Below are positions 27,587 through 38,276 of a DNA stretch of 64,000 bases, piece after piece. Location of the stretch: NCBI GenBank assembly GCA_043824255.1, contig JBDRTG010000047.1:265032-329031 (forward strand), read 5' to 3'. Each line of letters starts with the position of its first letter. The stretch's first letter is position 1. Source of the stretch: a bacterium (lineage in GTDB: Bacteria > JAHJDO01). The notes below the pieces were generated by a model. That model did not search any database and was not told the origin of the DNA. It saw only the letters and a list, made by a program, of their open reading frames with translations. A program made the translations under genes and the position numbers.

Positions 27587-28660
27587 ATGCCAAGAAGGAA
27601 TCAAAACATGAATTCAAAAAAACGAGTTTTGACTGCACTAAACTGGCGGGAACCTGATCGTGTTCCTGTTCAGATATATCTTACACCTGAGATAAAATCT
27701 AAGCTAATTGAGCATTTCAACGGGAAGGATATTCTTGATGCACTAGGCGTGGATTTTAGGCATGTTAGCCCAAAATACCGTGGGAAATTACGTGAATCTT
27801 ACGATGGCATTACTTATGACATGTGGGGATCTGGTTATAAACATATCAAGCATGGCAGTGCTGGTACTTATGATGAAGCAGTCGTTCTACCCCTTGCAGA
27901 ACTGAAAACTATGGATGATGTTGAGAACTACCCATGGCCAACTCCCGATGATTTTGATTATTCCGTCATACCAGAGCAGTGTGAGAGATTTCATAATTTT
28001 GCCATCTGCCTGGGAGGAGGAGGATATCCCGATATAGTTAATGGAGTCTCCCGTGGCAGAGGCATGGAGCAGGTTCTGATAGATATTGCCCTGCGAGATG
28101 ACGTTGGAATGGCTATAATCAATAAGCGCGTGGATATTTGTTATGAAGTACTGCGCCGTGGTCTGGAAGCAGCCAATGATAAAGTAGACATTCTATGCTT
28201 GGGTGAGGATACAGGCAATCAAAACGGAAGAATGGTATCTCCAAAAGACTTTGACGAAGTTTTCAGACCACGTCTTAAACGATTCTATAATCTTGCTCAT
28301 GAATTTGAGGCAAAAGCAATGATGCATTCATGTGGTGATACACATGAAATAATGCCAACATTTATTGAGATGGAGCTTGATATTCTTGATGCAATGCAAC
28401 CTGAACCTGCTGGAATGGATCCTGAAACAATAAGAAATGCATGCAAAGGTAAACTGGCTTTTTGTGGACTCATCAGCACCCAGCAGACGCTTCCACATGG
28501 CAGTATAGAAGATTGCCGAGCAGAAGCACGCCACAGACTTGATGTTATAGCAAAAGGTGGCGGATATATTTTTTCTCCTGCACATTGTATTCAACCAGAT
28601 ACTCCACTTGAAAATATTCTGGCAATCTACGAAGAGGCACTTGCGAAAAAACTAATATAG
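27587..28660 (+). CDS. Uroporphyrinogen decarboxylase / MtaA-CmuA-like family protein
   Basis: EPDRVP, DMWG, HSCG, GGYIFSPAHCIQPDTPLENI. Confidence 0.82.
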   Translation: MPRRNQNMNSKKRVLTALNWREPDRVPVQIYLTPEIKSKLIEHFNGKDILDALGVDFRHVSPKYRGKLRESYDGITYDMWGSGYKHIKHGSAGTYDEAVVLPLAELKTMDDVENYPWPTPDDFDYSVIPEQCERFHNFAICLGGGGYPDIVNGVSRGRGMEQVLIDIALRDDVGMAIINKRVDICYEVLRRGLEAANDKVDILCLGEDTGNQNGRMVSPKDFDEVFRPRLKRFYNLAHEFEAKAMMHSCGDTHEIMPTFIEMELDILDAMQPEPAGMDPETIRNACKGKLAFCGLISTQQTLPHGSIEDCRAEARHRLDVIAKGGGYIFSPAHCIQPDTPLENILAIYEEALAKKLI

Positions 28661-28800
28661 CATATAACAAGAAATCTAATGAGCTTGAACGTTAGAACGT
28701 TATACTAAATTGGTTACTCTCAAATCGTTAAGCTAGTATGTTAAACCAAATATTGTGAAAGAGGTGGAGTGTGTCATTTTTCAGGGTTTGGGTATATATC

Positions 28801-30396
28801 TCATATTTTAAAAGACCGTTTTCTTAACTTCTTATGATAACTGTGTGCGAATCTGTGAGCTTCATCTCGAATATGCTGTAATAATTGCAGAGGCTTTGAA
28901 TTCCTTGGTAAAATTATGGGATTTGATTTACCTCTTACGAAAATATGCTCCCGTTCCTTTGCTAGAGCTATTATGGAAATACCATCTATTCCTAACTTAT
29001 CAATTTCATCTGAGGCTGATGAGAGGTGTCCTCTGCCTCCATCTATTAGAATTAAATCCGGCATTTGGCCACCCTCATGCAACAGACGAGAATACCTTCT
29101 GCGCACTATCTCTCGTATCATGGCATTATCATCTATGCCGCATGTTTGTTTTATCTTAAACTTTCTCCAGCTATTCTTATCCGGCTCACCGTCTCTAAAA
29201 CTGACCATTGCTCCTACAGCTTCTTTGCCGCTTATATTAGACACATCAAACCCTTCAATTATATGCGGGATAGCGGGACTTTTGAGATTTTTCTCCAGAA
29301 ATTTTGATTCTAATTTTAACCTTGCGTTCTTGCTGGCCATATTCAGAAGTTCAAATTTGGTTCCTCTTTTTGGAACATGTACGGCTACTTTATGCCCAAT
29401 CTTACTTTGTAGCCAATCCTCTATAATAGATTTGTCTTTAATATCAAAAGGAACATTTATTGTTGTGGGGATAAAACTGGTTTTAGAATAGAATTGTTTG
29501 ATAAACGATTCCAGTATCTCCGTATCTGAAAACATATTATTAGGTTCCAGCAAGAAGTTCTCTTGCCCAATTAACTTCCCCCCTCTAACCATAAGCATAC
29601 ATATGTAAATAGCTTTTTCGTCGCTTTTTGCTATTCCAATGTAATCATTATCCTTGGTAGAAAGTAAATTCACTTTTTGTTTCTCTGTGATTTTTTCGAT
29701 ATTTTTTACTTTTTCTCTGAGCTTCACAGCTAATTCATACTGCTGATTCCTGCTGGCTAGTTTCATCTGTTTCTTTAGGGAGCAAAGAACCTTGTTCATT
29801 CTGCCTTCTAAAAACATTCCTACGCTATTGACCAATTTCTGATACTGCTCTCTTGTAATCTTACCTGCACACGGGCCACTACATTGTTTCATATAATAAT
29901 TAAGACACGGCCGCTCTAATTTATGAGAACCTAACTTCTTATTGCAGTTTCTAATTGGAAACAGGTTTTTGATCAAGCGCAGAGTTTTCTTTACTCCTGC
30001 AAGATCAGTATAAGGGCCATAGTAGGTTGCCTCTTTATCCGTAAGGTCTCTTGTAAGACAAATCCTTGGGAACTCCTCATATTTACTTATCTTTATATAA
30101 GGATATTTTTTGCCATCTTTCAATCTGAGGTTAAATTTGGGTTTGTATTCTTTTATTAAGTTGCTTTCTAGATTTAAGGCTTCTGCAGAAGATTTCGTCA
30201 CAATATAATCTATATCTGCAATCTCTTTAACTAATTTTGAATTTTTAATTGGATAAATTGGGGATGTTTGAAAGTATGATCCAACGCGAGCTTTGAGCGA
30301 TACAGCTTTACCTACATATACGACTTTCTCATTTTTATCTTTAAAAATATATACTCCACAATCAGATGGGAATATATGTGTTTTTTTTGTAAAAAT
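28801..30396 (-). CDS. uvrC: Excinuclease ABC subunit C (short form lacking C-terminal HhH); start codon non-canonical
   Basis: GIY-YIG domain (GVYIFKD..YVGKA..RVGSYF) is in frame upstream of the listed GTG at 30201; C-terminal FDVSN, LIDGGRGH, RDEAHRFA. Only ATT/ATA lie between the in-frame TAA (30400-30402) and the GIY motif. Confidence 0.88.
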   Translation of the reverse strand: MFTKKTHIFPSDCGVYIFKDKNEKVVYVGKAVSLKARVGSYFQTSPIYPIKNSKLVKEIADIDYIVTKSSAEALNLESNLIKEYKPKFNLRLKDGKKYPYIKISKYEEFPRICLTRDLTDKEATYYGPYTDLAGVKKTLRLIKNLFPIRNCNKKLGSHKLERPCLNYYMKQCSGPCAGKITREQYQKLVNSVGMFLEGRMNKVLCSLKKQMKLASRNQQYELAVKLREKVKNIEKITEKQKVNLLSTKDNDYIGIAKSDEKAIYICMLMVRGGKLIGQENFLLEPNNMFSDTEILESFIKQFYSKTSFIPTTINVPFDIKDKSIIEDWLQSKIGHKVAVHVPKRGTKFELLNMASKNARLKLESKFLEKNLKSPAIPHIIEGFDVSNISGKEAVGAMVSFRDGEPDKNSWRKFKIKQTCGIDDNAMIREIVRRRYSRLLHEGGQMPDLILIDGGRGHLSSASDEIDKLGIDGISIIALAKEREHIFVRGKSNPIILPRNSKPLQLLQHIRDEAHRFAHSYHKKLRKRSFKI

Positions 30397-31018
30397 CTTT
30401 TATAACCTTTATTGCTTCCTGAGAAGTGTCTGCGACATGGAAAATATTTGATTCTTTTTTAGAAATATACTTTCGTCTGACAAGTTCTCCATTAATCCAT
30501 TCAACCAACTCTTTCCAGTATTCCTCTCCTACCAGAATTACAGGAAAAGATTTGATTCTTTTGGTTTGTATCAATGTAAGCGCCTCAAAGAATTCATCCA
30601 TTGTTCCATAACCGCCCGGAAACACAACATATGCAGAAGCATACTTAACAAACATTACCTTTCTGCAAAAGAAATATCTGAAGTTAAGAAGAGTTTTGAC
30701 AAACTTGTTTGGCTTTTGTTCTCGTGGTATTTCAATGTTCAATCCTATTGATTCTCCGCCTGCCTTAAATGCGCCTTTGTTAGCAGCCTCCATTATTCCA
30801 GGCCCGCCGCCGCTAATAATAGCATAACCTTCTTTTACAAGCATCGCTGCTAGTTCTTCAGCTATTTTGTAATATTTGTCATCAGGTTTTACTCTTGAGG
30901 ATCCAAAAATGCTTACAGCTTTGCCTACTCTGGATAATGTCTCAAATCCCTCTATAAACTCTGCCATTATCCTGAAAACGCGCCATGTATCACCAGATTT
31001 AAAATCTTCTATACGCAT
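30362..31018 (-). CDS. LOG family protein (TIGR00730-type nucleotide phosphoribohydrolase)
   Basis: SIFGSSR, SGGGPGIMEAAN, RKVMFVK, PGGYGTMDE; GAGG RBS before ATG 31018. Confidence 0.9.
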   Translation of the reverse strand: MRIEDFKSGDTWRVFRIMAEFIEGFETLSRVGKAVSIFGSSRVKPDDKYYKIAEELAAMLVKEGYAIISGGGPGIMEAANKGAFKAGGESIGLNIEIPREQKPNKFVKTLLNFRYFFCRKVMFVKYASAYVVFPGGYGTMDEFFEALTLIQTKRIKSFPVILVGEEYWKELVEWINGELVRRKYISKKESNIFHVADTSQEAIKVIKDFYKKNTYIPI

Positions 31019-31079
31019 AATAATTGCCTCTTCTCTTCTATTTAAGATATCACATTGCATTAATAAAAGCAAAGCTCTA

Positions 31080-31108
31080 TTGACAAAACATTCGACGAAC
31101 CTTATAAT
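31080..31108 (+). promoter_or_regulatory. Perfect-consensus sigma70 promoter
   Basis: TTGACA-17nt-TATAAT exactly. Confidence 0.8.
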
Positions 31109-31151
31109 TGCTGCCAGTGTATAAAATTATCAAAGAGGGGGGGTGAAACAT

Positions 31152-31625
31152 ATGAAATTAACAGGTACAGTTCTTACAATTGTATTGGCCATTGTTCTTA
31201 CGATATCTACATCAGTGGTCTTTGCTGGAGAATTGGAAGCTAAAGGCGATAAGATATTGGGTGACTGCTGTAAAGCTCTAACATCCTGCGGCGTAGATAT
31301 GGAAGGGATGAGGGATAAGATGACCTCAGAGGTTAATCCCATTATAGACGAGGCGAAAGCATGTATTAAGGAATGCAAGAAGAAAATAGCTATTGCTGAA
31401 ATTGATAAAGATGAAGCTGTAATAGCTGACGCTAAAGCATCTATAATCAAATGCGAAAACGCAATAAAGGGGTGCAAGAAGGTTAAAGCTACTGCAGGAT
31501 CTTTGGGTAAAAGAGGAAAACTGCTGAAGGAACTTGCTAGCGAGGGACCTGAAACATTCATGAATAAGATAGCAGCTAAGACTAAAAAGGCAGCAGGCAA
31601 GGTTAAACTAAAAAAGAAGAAATAG
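31152..31625 (+). CDS. Secreted, helical, Cys- and Lys-rich hypothetical protein
   Basis: Signal-peptide-like N-terminus ending VFA; 7 Cys; basic tail; G-rich RBS before ATG 31152 (GTG 31143 is the alternative start). Confidence 0.75.
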   Translation: MKLTGTVLTIVLAIVLTISTSVVFAGELEAKGDKILGDCCKALTSCGVDMEGMRDKMTSEVNPIIDEAKACIKECKKKIAIAEIDKDEAVIADAKASIIKCENAIKGCKKVKATAGSLGKRGKLLKELASEGPETFMNKIAAKTKKAAGKVKLKKKK

Positions 31626-31633
31626 CTTTCTCT

Positions 31634-31690
31634 AATAGGGCTTATATTTTCTAGGTAAAATATTCTGGATTTTATAGGCCCTATTCTTTT
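31634..31690 (+). terminator. Possible long-stem terminator hairpin
   Basis: AATAGGGCTTATA..TATAGGCCCTATT followed by CTTTT just after the stop codon. Confidence 0.4.
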
Positions 31691-31702
31691 GTCTAAATGC
31701 GC

Positions 31703-31732
31703 TTGACCCTCTCACAATATTTATGCTAACAT
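31703..31732 (+). promoter_or_regulatory. Promoter of the V/A-ATPase operon
   Basis: TTGACC-18nt-TAACAT with TGn extension. Confidence 0.45.
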
Positions 31733-31778
31733 AGCGCCACCAGTGTACGTCTTGTCTTATATGTAACAGGAGATAGTT

Positions 31779-32090
31779 TTGATAGAAGAAGTAATAGAGA
31801 AGATAAAACAAGCTGAGCAAAAAGCATCAAAACTTATAGAAAAAGAAAAACAACAAACAAGTGCCAAGCTGAAAAATGCTCAGAAGAATGCATTAGATTA
31901 TATTGAAAAGACTGTTGCAAGTGCAAGGCAGGAAGCAAAGAAAATACTGGCAAAAGCTGATATGCAGGCTAAAAACCAGGTCGAAAAAATACGTGAAAAT
32001 AATACAGGATATCTATCTAAGCTTGAGCAAAAGGCAAAACTTAAACAAGAAAGCGCTATAAAAATTATCATGGAGGAGCTAGTACATTAA
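31779..32090 (+). CDS. V/A-type ATPase peripheral stalk subunit H (G)
   Basis: IEKIKQAEQKA coiled coil; first gene before subunit I; AGGAG plus TTG start. Confidence 0.75.
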   Translation: MIEEVIEKIKQAEQKASKLIEKEKQQTSAKLKNAQKNALDYIEKTVASARQEAKKILAKADMQAKNQVEKIRENNTGYLSKLEQKAKLKQESAIKIIMEELVH

Positions 32091-34039
32091 TGGCTATCTC
32101 TCAAATGCAAAAGGTCAACATAATTGGGATCAAATCCCAATGTCAGGATGTTGTCTCTTTCCTGGAATCACTCAATCTCATCCAGATTAATCATATTAAG
32201 CAATCACAAGCTGAAAAACATAAAGATTTTCTAAAACCGATTCGAGTAAATCCTGACCAATCCAAAAAAGAGCTTTCTGAACTTCAGTCTACTATAGACT
32301 TTTTGTCGCGATTTGGGCAAAAAATAGGTTTTATCTCCAGTTTGATGGGTAGCAAAATCCTGCTATCAGCTGACGAATTTGAAAAAACAGCCCTAGAATT
32401 CGATTATAGAGAAATCCATAAAACTTGTATGCTCATTCAGCAGGAATTGCATAAAACAGAAAGGGAAATCGGGGTGCTTCATGCTCAGTATAATCAGCTC
32501 ATTCCGTGGAAACCCCTCAGCCTTTCTTTAGATACATTAAATATAACGGAGACTATCAAGTATGCATTTTTAACTGGAACTACTGGCAAATTTGCTTATT
32601 TCAAGAACCATATGAGTAAAAAATTCCCTCTCTTACACTGTGAAAAAGCCTCAGACTATCAGGAAACAGAGAATATTGTAGCCATATATTTCAACGGCCA
32701 AGAAAAAGAAATACTTAGCGAATGCAAGAAACTAGGAGTTGAAAGAGTAGACCTATTCAATCTTAAAGGAACAGTAGATTCAAACCTTGAGAGAATATCC
32801 ATAGAGTTGGAAAAGCTCAAGGAAAAACATAAAACCCTCAATAAAGACGCGACTGAGCTTACGCCTCATTCAGGCAAACTAAAGGTTGCCTACGACTATT
32901 TTTTAAGCTTGAACCATAGAACATCCCTGCAGAATAAATTTTTGGAATCAAATGAAACCTTCTTGCTTGAAGGTTGGTTAAAAAAAGACGGTGTTAAAAA
33001 ATTTGAAAAACAATTTTCAGAAAGATTTCCAGAATCCAGCGTAATCAAAGTAGCCCCTGCTAAAGGAGAGTTAGCACCTATATATCTTGAAAACAAGCCT
33101 GTACTTAAACCATTTGAGACGGTAACTGACTTATACGGGACTCCGGCAAATACATCTGTTGACCCTACTCCCTTTATGGCTCCATTCTTTTTCTTGTTTT
33201 TTGGATTATGTCTTACAGATGCTGGATATGGTCTTATCTTAAGCACTATTGCTCTTTTAGGCTTATCAACAATAGCTCATACGCCAGGTGTTAAAAGATT
33301 TTTAAAGCTTATACTATATGCTGGAATATCAACGATTCTCTGCGGAATATTTACAGGAGGCTGGTTTGGTATAGAGGCAGAAAAACTTCCAGTATTTTTG
33401 CAAAAAGTCATCATATTTAGTCCTCTAAAAGATTCAATGCAGTTTTTTATAATAGCCTTGGCTTTGGGATTTATTCAACTGTACTGGGGAATACTAATTA
33501 AAGCATATAATTGTATTAAAAGCAGAAATTTTGCTGGAGCAATATTCGACCAAATACCATGGCTTATTATTATGCCATCACTTCTATTATTAACAATGGG
33601 TAAGAGCATGGGAAAATGGCCAGCTTTAGCAGGAGCTGTAGTTATAATTCTCTTCTTTGGAAGAGATCAAAAAAATCCAATTGCGAGAGTTCTTTCCGGG
33701 ATAGTAATAGGCTGTCTATGGCTGGGTAAAGACATTGTTGGGAATATACTTTCGTATTCAAGATTGATGGCTCTGGGATTGTCTACTGCGGTTATTGCGC
33801 TGGTTGCAAACAAGTTAGCAGGAATTGCTTTGGGGATTTCTATTCCAGGTGTAAACATACTTCTGGCTATTATTGTGCTTTTCATGCTGCATTCACTGAA
33901 TTTTCTAGTTAATTCACTCGGCGCATATGTTCATTCAAGCAGGCTGCAATATGTGGAATTTTTCCCGTATTTTTTTACTTCGGGAGGCGAGCAATTTGAG
34001 CCTCTTAGCAAAAACACAAAATATACAATAATTAAATAA
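32090..34039 (+). CDS. atpI: V/A-type ATPase subunit I (a)
   Basis: DPTP..FFG..DAGYG; SYSRLMAL (essential Arg); HSSRLQYVEFF. Confidence 0.95.
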   Translation: MAISQMQKVNIIGIKSQCQDVVSFLESLNLIQINHIKQSQAEKHKDFLKPIRVNPDQSKKELSELQSTIDFLSRFGQKIGFISSLMGSKILLSADEFEKTALEFDYREIHKTCMLIQQELHKTEREIGVLHAQYNQLIPWKPLSLSLDTLNITETIKYAFLTGTTGKFAYFKNHMSKKFPLLHCEKASDYQETENIVAIYFNGQEKEILSECKKLGVERVDLFNLKGTVDSNLERISIELEKLKEKHKTLNKDATELTPHSGKLKVAYDYFLSLNHRTSLQNKFLESNETFLLEGWLKKDGVKKFEKQFSERFPESSVIKVAPAKGELAPIYLENKPVLKPFETVTDLYGTPANTSVDPTPFMAPFFFLFFGLCLTDAGYGLILSTIALLGLSTIAHTPGVKRFLKLILYAGISTILCGIFTGGWFGIEAEKLPVFLQKVIIFSPLKDSMQFFIIALALGFIQLYWGILIKAYNCIKSRNFAGAIFDQIPWLIIMPSLLLLTMGKSMGKWPALAGAVVIILFFGRDQKNPIARVLSGIVIGCLWLGKDIVGNILSYSRLMALGLSTAVIALVANKLAGIALGISIPGVNILLAIIVLFMLHSLNFLVNSLGAYVHSSRLQYVEFFPYFFTSGGEQFEPLSKNTKYTIIK

Positions 34040-34531
<492 letters not shown>

Positions 34532-34532
34532 A

Positions 34533-34567
34533 AATTCTTAATTTTAAATTTTTAATTATGAATTAAG
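34533..34567. repeat. Degenerate period-7 (AATTnnn)x5 array
   Basis: AATTCTT AATTTTA AATTTTT AATTATG AATTAAG. Confidence 0.55.
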
Positions 34568-34572
34568 CTATT

Positions 34573-35178
34573 ATGTCCATTGAAAATATTATAAAAAAAA
34601 TAGAAGCTGATGCTGAAGCAGAGTGCAAGGTGCTAAGAGATAGAGCATCTCAGGAGATTAAACAGATACAGAAACAAGCAAAGAATCAGGCTGAAAAAGA
34701 GAGAGAAAACATTCTGAAACATGCAAAAGAGCAAGCAGAAAAAAACATGAATAAGGCTGTTGTTTCTGCGAATCTTGAGTGCAGGATTAAGTCATTGAAA
34801 GTTAAGCAGGATATAATCTCACTATGTTTTGAAAAAGCATACAATGAAACACTTAAGTTGCCTACCTCAGATTATTTAGGATTAATAGAGCTGAAGTTAT
34901 TGAAACTTACAGAAATCGGAGATGAAAAGGTGATATTTGGAGACCTGCACAGAGAAAAGTTCAATAGTGATTTTATAAATCAAATAAATAAGAAACTAGT
35001 TTCAGGAGGAAAAAAGGGAAGGCTTTGTATTTCAAATGCTTCAAGACCCATAAAGGCTGGTTTCATCTTGATAAAAGAGAAACAAGAGATCAACGTATCC
35101 TTAGAACAATTAATTAAGATGCTAAGGCATAAATTACTAATAAAAATAAACAACGTTCTATTTGGACAGCAGGTATAA
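34573..35178 (+). CDS. atpE: V/A-type ATPase subunit E
   Basis: MSIENIIKKIEADAEAE coiled coil; GFIL; operon position. Confidence 0.88.
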   Translation: MSIENIIKKIEADAEAECKVLRDRASQEIKQIQKQAKNQAEKERENILKHAKEQAEKNMNKAVVSANLECRIKSLKVKQDIISLCFEKAYNETLKLPTSDYLGLIELKLLKLTEIGDEKVIFGDLHREKFNSDFINQINKKLVSGGKKGRLCISNASRPIKAGFILIKEKQEINVSLEQLIKMLRHKLLIKINNVLFGQQV

Positions 35179-36206
35179 TGTTTATTGATAAAGCCTCATA
35201 CGTAGAATATAATCCCGAATATTTGTTTGCTGTAGGCAAGCTAAGGGTCCATGAGAGAAAACTCATTAATAAGGCAACTCTTACCCAACTTGTTGAATGT
35301 AACGGCTTTGGGGAACTGGTTTCCATACTAAGCGAGAGAAATTATTCAGATAACATATCCTCTGTAGAAAAGCCTGAGGATTTAGAAAATCTAATATTTG
35401 ACGAAATGTCAAACACTATAGGTGAGATAAAAAAACTGTCTCATGATGATGAAGCAACCAATTTATATCTATTCAGATATGATATGCAAAACCTGAAACT
35501 CCTGATAAAGGCTGGAAAAAATTCTGAAGATATTAACCATGCTCTGCTCTATAGAAGCATAATAGATACTGAGAATCTTGAGGATTCAATAAAGGAAGAA
35601 ATCTTTTATGTATTTCCGGAGTCTCTAAGAGACAAAATAAAGACAATATGGCTTGAAGAAGTACAACAAGGGAACCTTCAGGAAGCTGAAATTCTCCTGG
35701 ATAAATTGTGGCTGGAAACAGGGTATTGTTACATGAAAGATAGTGGGCAAATATTTCTGCGGGATTTCTTTTCTGTATTAATTGATCTATATAACCTTAA
35801 GTTAATCTTTAGAACTAAAGTTATGAGCTATGATTCAGAGAGAGTCCATGGATACATTGCAGAAGGAGGTTTTATTGACAAATCCGTCATCTCAAACTCC
35901 TGTAACATGGAATTAGAAAGAATAGTAAAATCCTTTCAATCCTCAGATTATAATAAAATTCTTAAACCAGGAGTTGAACATTTCCAAAGATATAATTCTT
36001 TCTGGAAGTTTGAGCAGTTATGCAACGATTTTCTGATAGAATTCGTAGATATTGTAAAATTCTTGGTTGCCAGTGTGTCAGTCCTCATACGATATCTGGT
36101 AATTAAAGAAATTGAGCTTAAAAATCTGAGAGCTATTTTAATCGGAAAAAATAATGGGCTTTCAGTTGGACAAATCAGCCAAAATTTAGGGTGCGCGTAT
36201 GCCTAG
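35178..36206 (+). CDS. atpC: V/A-type ATPase subunit C (d)
   Basis: AVGKLRVHE, YDMQNLK, IDLYNL, KEIELKNLRAI. Confidence 0.88.
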   Translation: MFIDKASYVEYNPEYLFAVGKLRVHERKLINKATLTQLVECNGFGELVSILSERNYSDNISSVEKPEDLENLIFDEMSNTIGEIKKLSHDDEATNLYLFRYDMQNLKLLIKAGKNSEDINHALLYRSIIDTENLEDSIKEEIFYVFPESLRDKIKTIWLEEVQQGNLQEAEILLDKLWLETGYCYMKDSGQIFLRDFFSVLIDLYNLKLIFRTKVMSYDSERVHGYIAEGGFIDKSVISNSCNMELERIVKSFQSSDYNKILKPGVEHFQRYNSFWKFEQLCNDFLIEFVDIVKFLVASVSVLIRYLVIKEIELKNLRAILIGKNNGLSVGQISQNLGCAYA

Positions 36207-36507
36207 TATTGCAGCAATTGGTAAATCAGATATAGTTTCTGTATTCTCTGCGTTTGGCATAAGCGCCTTTCCGATAGATAGTTCAGAAGATGCAGTGTTA
36301 AAACTTAATGAACTGGTTTCGCTAAACACTGATGTTGTTTTCATCACAGAAGAGCTGGCAAGCCAGATTATACATGTAATTTCTGAGATAAACATAAAGA
36401 CTCAAACCAGTATTACTGTTATCCCTGACCATAAAGGTTCAAAGGGACTAGCAACAGCAATAATTAAAGATACTGTAAAAGAAGCAATAGGAATGGATAT
36501 TATATGA
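36199..36507 (+). CDS. atpF: V/A-type ATPase subunit F
   Basis: IAAIG..D..F...GI; VIP; KEAIGMDI. Confidence 0.9.
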   Translation: MPSIAAIGKSDIVSVFSAFGISAFPIDSSEDAVLKLNELVSLNTDVVFITEELASQIIHVISEINIKTQTSITVIPDHKGSKGLATAIIKDTVKEAIGMDII

Positions 36508-38276
36508 ACGGCAAAATAATAAAAGTTTCAGGGCCTCTGGTCTTAGCAGACTGTATGCAAGACGCAAGAATGTTCGACCTGGTAAAAGTAGGGAATAAGA
36601 AGCTCATCGGAGAGATAATAGAATTAAGAGGCGATGTAGCCTCTATTCAGGTATATGAAGAAACAGCAGGAATTGGTCCGGATGAACCCGTTATATCAAC
36701 GGGTAGACCTTTAAGCGTAGAATTGGGGCCTGGATTAATAGAATCAATATATGACGGTATCCAACGTCCTTTGGATATACTGATGGAGAAAACAGGGGAA
36801 TACATTACCAGAGGTGTTTCTGCCCCGGGAATTGACCGCAACAAAAAATGGCATTTTGTGCCGTCTGCAAAGGAAGGAGACACTGTGCGTTATGGAGACG
36901 CAATTGGAACAGTTCAGGAAACAAACACAGTTATCCATAAAATCATGGTACCTTCAGGGAGGGAAGGTAAAATAGAAAAAATTACAGAGGGTAAGTTCGC
37001 TGTTGAAGATACAGTTGCAGTAATTAAAACTGACAAAGGGACTAAGAACATTACAATGCTGCAATACTGGCCTGTAAGAATCCCAAGACCATATCAGAAG
37101 AAGTTAGTGCCTGATACTCCTCTTATTACAGGTCAGCGAGTGATTGACACATTTTTCCCAATTGCGAGAGGAGGCACTGCTTGTATTCCAGGTCCTTTTG
37201 GCAGTGGGAAAACTGTCGTTCAGCATCAACTTGCAAAATGGTCGGATGCAGAGATTATTGTCTATATAGGATGCGGAGAACGCGGCAATGAAATGACAGA
37301 CGTATTAATGGAATTTCCGCAGCTTAAGGATCCAAAGACAGGGAACCCGTTAATGAAAAGAACTGTGCTTATAGCCAATACATCCAACATGCCTGTTGCT
37401 GCAAGAGAAGCTTCTATATATACAGGAGTAACAATAGCTGAATATTACCGCGATATGGGATATAACGTTGCGGTAATGGCCGATTCTACCTCCAGATGGG
37501 CAGAAGCGTTAAGAGAAATGTCCGGCAGACTTGAAGAGATGCCCGGAGAAGAGGGATATCCGGCATATCTGCCCGCAAAACTTGCTGAATTCTATGAACG
37601 GGCAGGCAGAGTGATCTGTAAAGGCACAGATTCCAGAGAGGGTACATTAAGCATAATCGGTGCTGTATCACCTCCGGGAGGCGACCTTTCCGACCCGGTT
37701 GTTCAGGGAACACTGAAGGTTGTTAAAGTTTTTTGGGCACTGGAGGATAAACTGGCATACAGACGTCATTTTCCTGCAATAAGCTGGATCAATAGTTATT
37801 CTTTATATCTTGATAATATCCATGATTTCTTAAAAGAAAATTTAGGCGAAGACTGGATGAAAATGCATCAGGAAGGCATGAAACTTCTCCAGCAGGAAAC
37901 TGACCTTCAGGAAATCGTACGGCTTGTCGGGCTGGATACTCTTTCTACCTCTGACCGACTTATTCTTGATACTGCAAAGTCTATAAGAGAAGATTTCCTG
38001 CATCAAAACGCATTTCATGAGATAGATACTTACACATCCCTTAAGAAGCAATACCGCATGCTGAAACTAATTATGATGCTTCATGAAAAATGCATTCAGG
38101 CAGTAGGCGAGGGAACACCTATAGAATCACTGACCAACCTGAAAATCAGAGAAGATATATCGCGAATGCGGTTTATTGAGGAGAAAAAACTTGATAAGTT
38201 CTCTGAGCTGGAGCGCAGAGTAGAGGAAGAAATAAGCCAGCTTACAGTGGAGAGTAAGCCACAAGCGGAGTTATAA
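36504..38276 (+). CDS. atpA: V/A-type ATPase catalytic subunit A
   Basis: [30 protein letters not shown]. Confidence 0.97.
   Translation: MNGKIIKVSGPLVLADCMQDARMFDLVKVGNKKLIGEIIELRGDVASIQVYEETAGIGPDEPVISTGRPLSVELGPGLIESIYDGIQRPLDILMEKTGEYITRGVSAPGIDRNKKWHFVPSAKEGDTVRYGDAIGTVQETNTVIHKIMVPSGREGKIEKITEGKFAVEDTVAVIKTDKGTKNITMLQYWPVRIPRPYQKKLVPDTPLITGQRVIDTFFPIARGGTACIPGPFGSGKTVVQHQLAKWSDAEIIVYIGCGERGNEMTDVLMEFPQLKDPKTGNPLMKRTVLIANTSNMPVAAREASIYTGVTIAEYYRDMGYNVAVMADSTSRWAEALREMSGRLEEMPGEEGYPAYLPAKLAEFYERAGRVICKGTDSREGTLSIIGAVSPPGGDLSDPVVQGTLKVVKVFWALEDKLAYRRHFPAISWINSYSLYLDNIHDFLKENLGEDWMKMHQEGMKLLQQETDLQEIVRLVGLDTLSTSDRLILDTAKSIREDFLHQNAFHEIDTYTSLKKQYRMLKLIMMLHEKCIQAVGEGTPIESLTNLKIREDISRMRFIEEKKLDKFSELERRVEEEISQLTVESKPQAEL

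Noticed and set aside
28661-28800. TATAAC..GTTATA inverted pair after a stop codon, suggestive of an integron attC site or IS end
   Set aside because: Too short, no internal L-box pairing, single copy, and no integrase or transposase in the window.
31130-31600. 156-aa minus-strand hydrophobic ORF
   Set aside because: Mirror of the plus-strand gene, which has the promoter, RBS and signal peptide.
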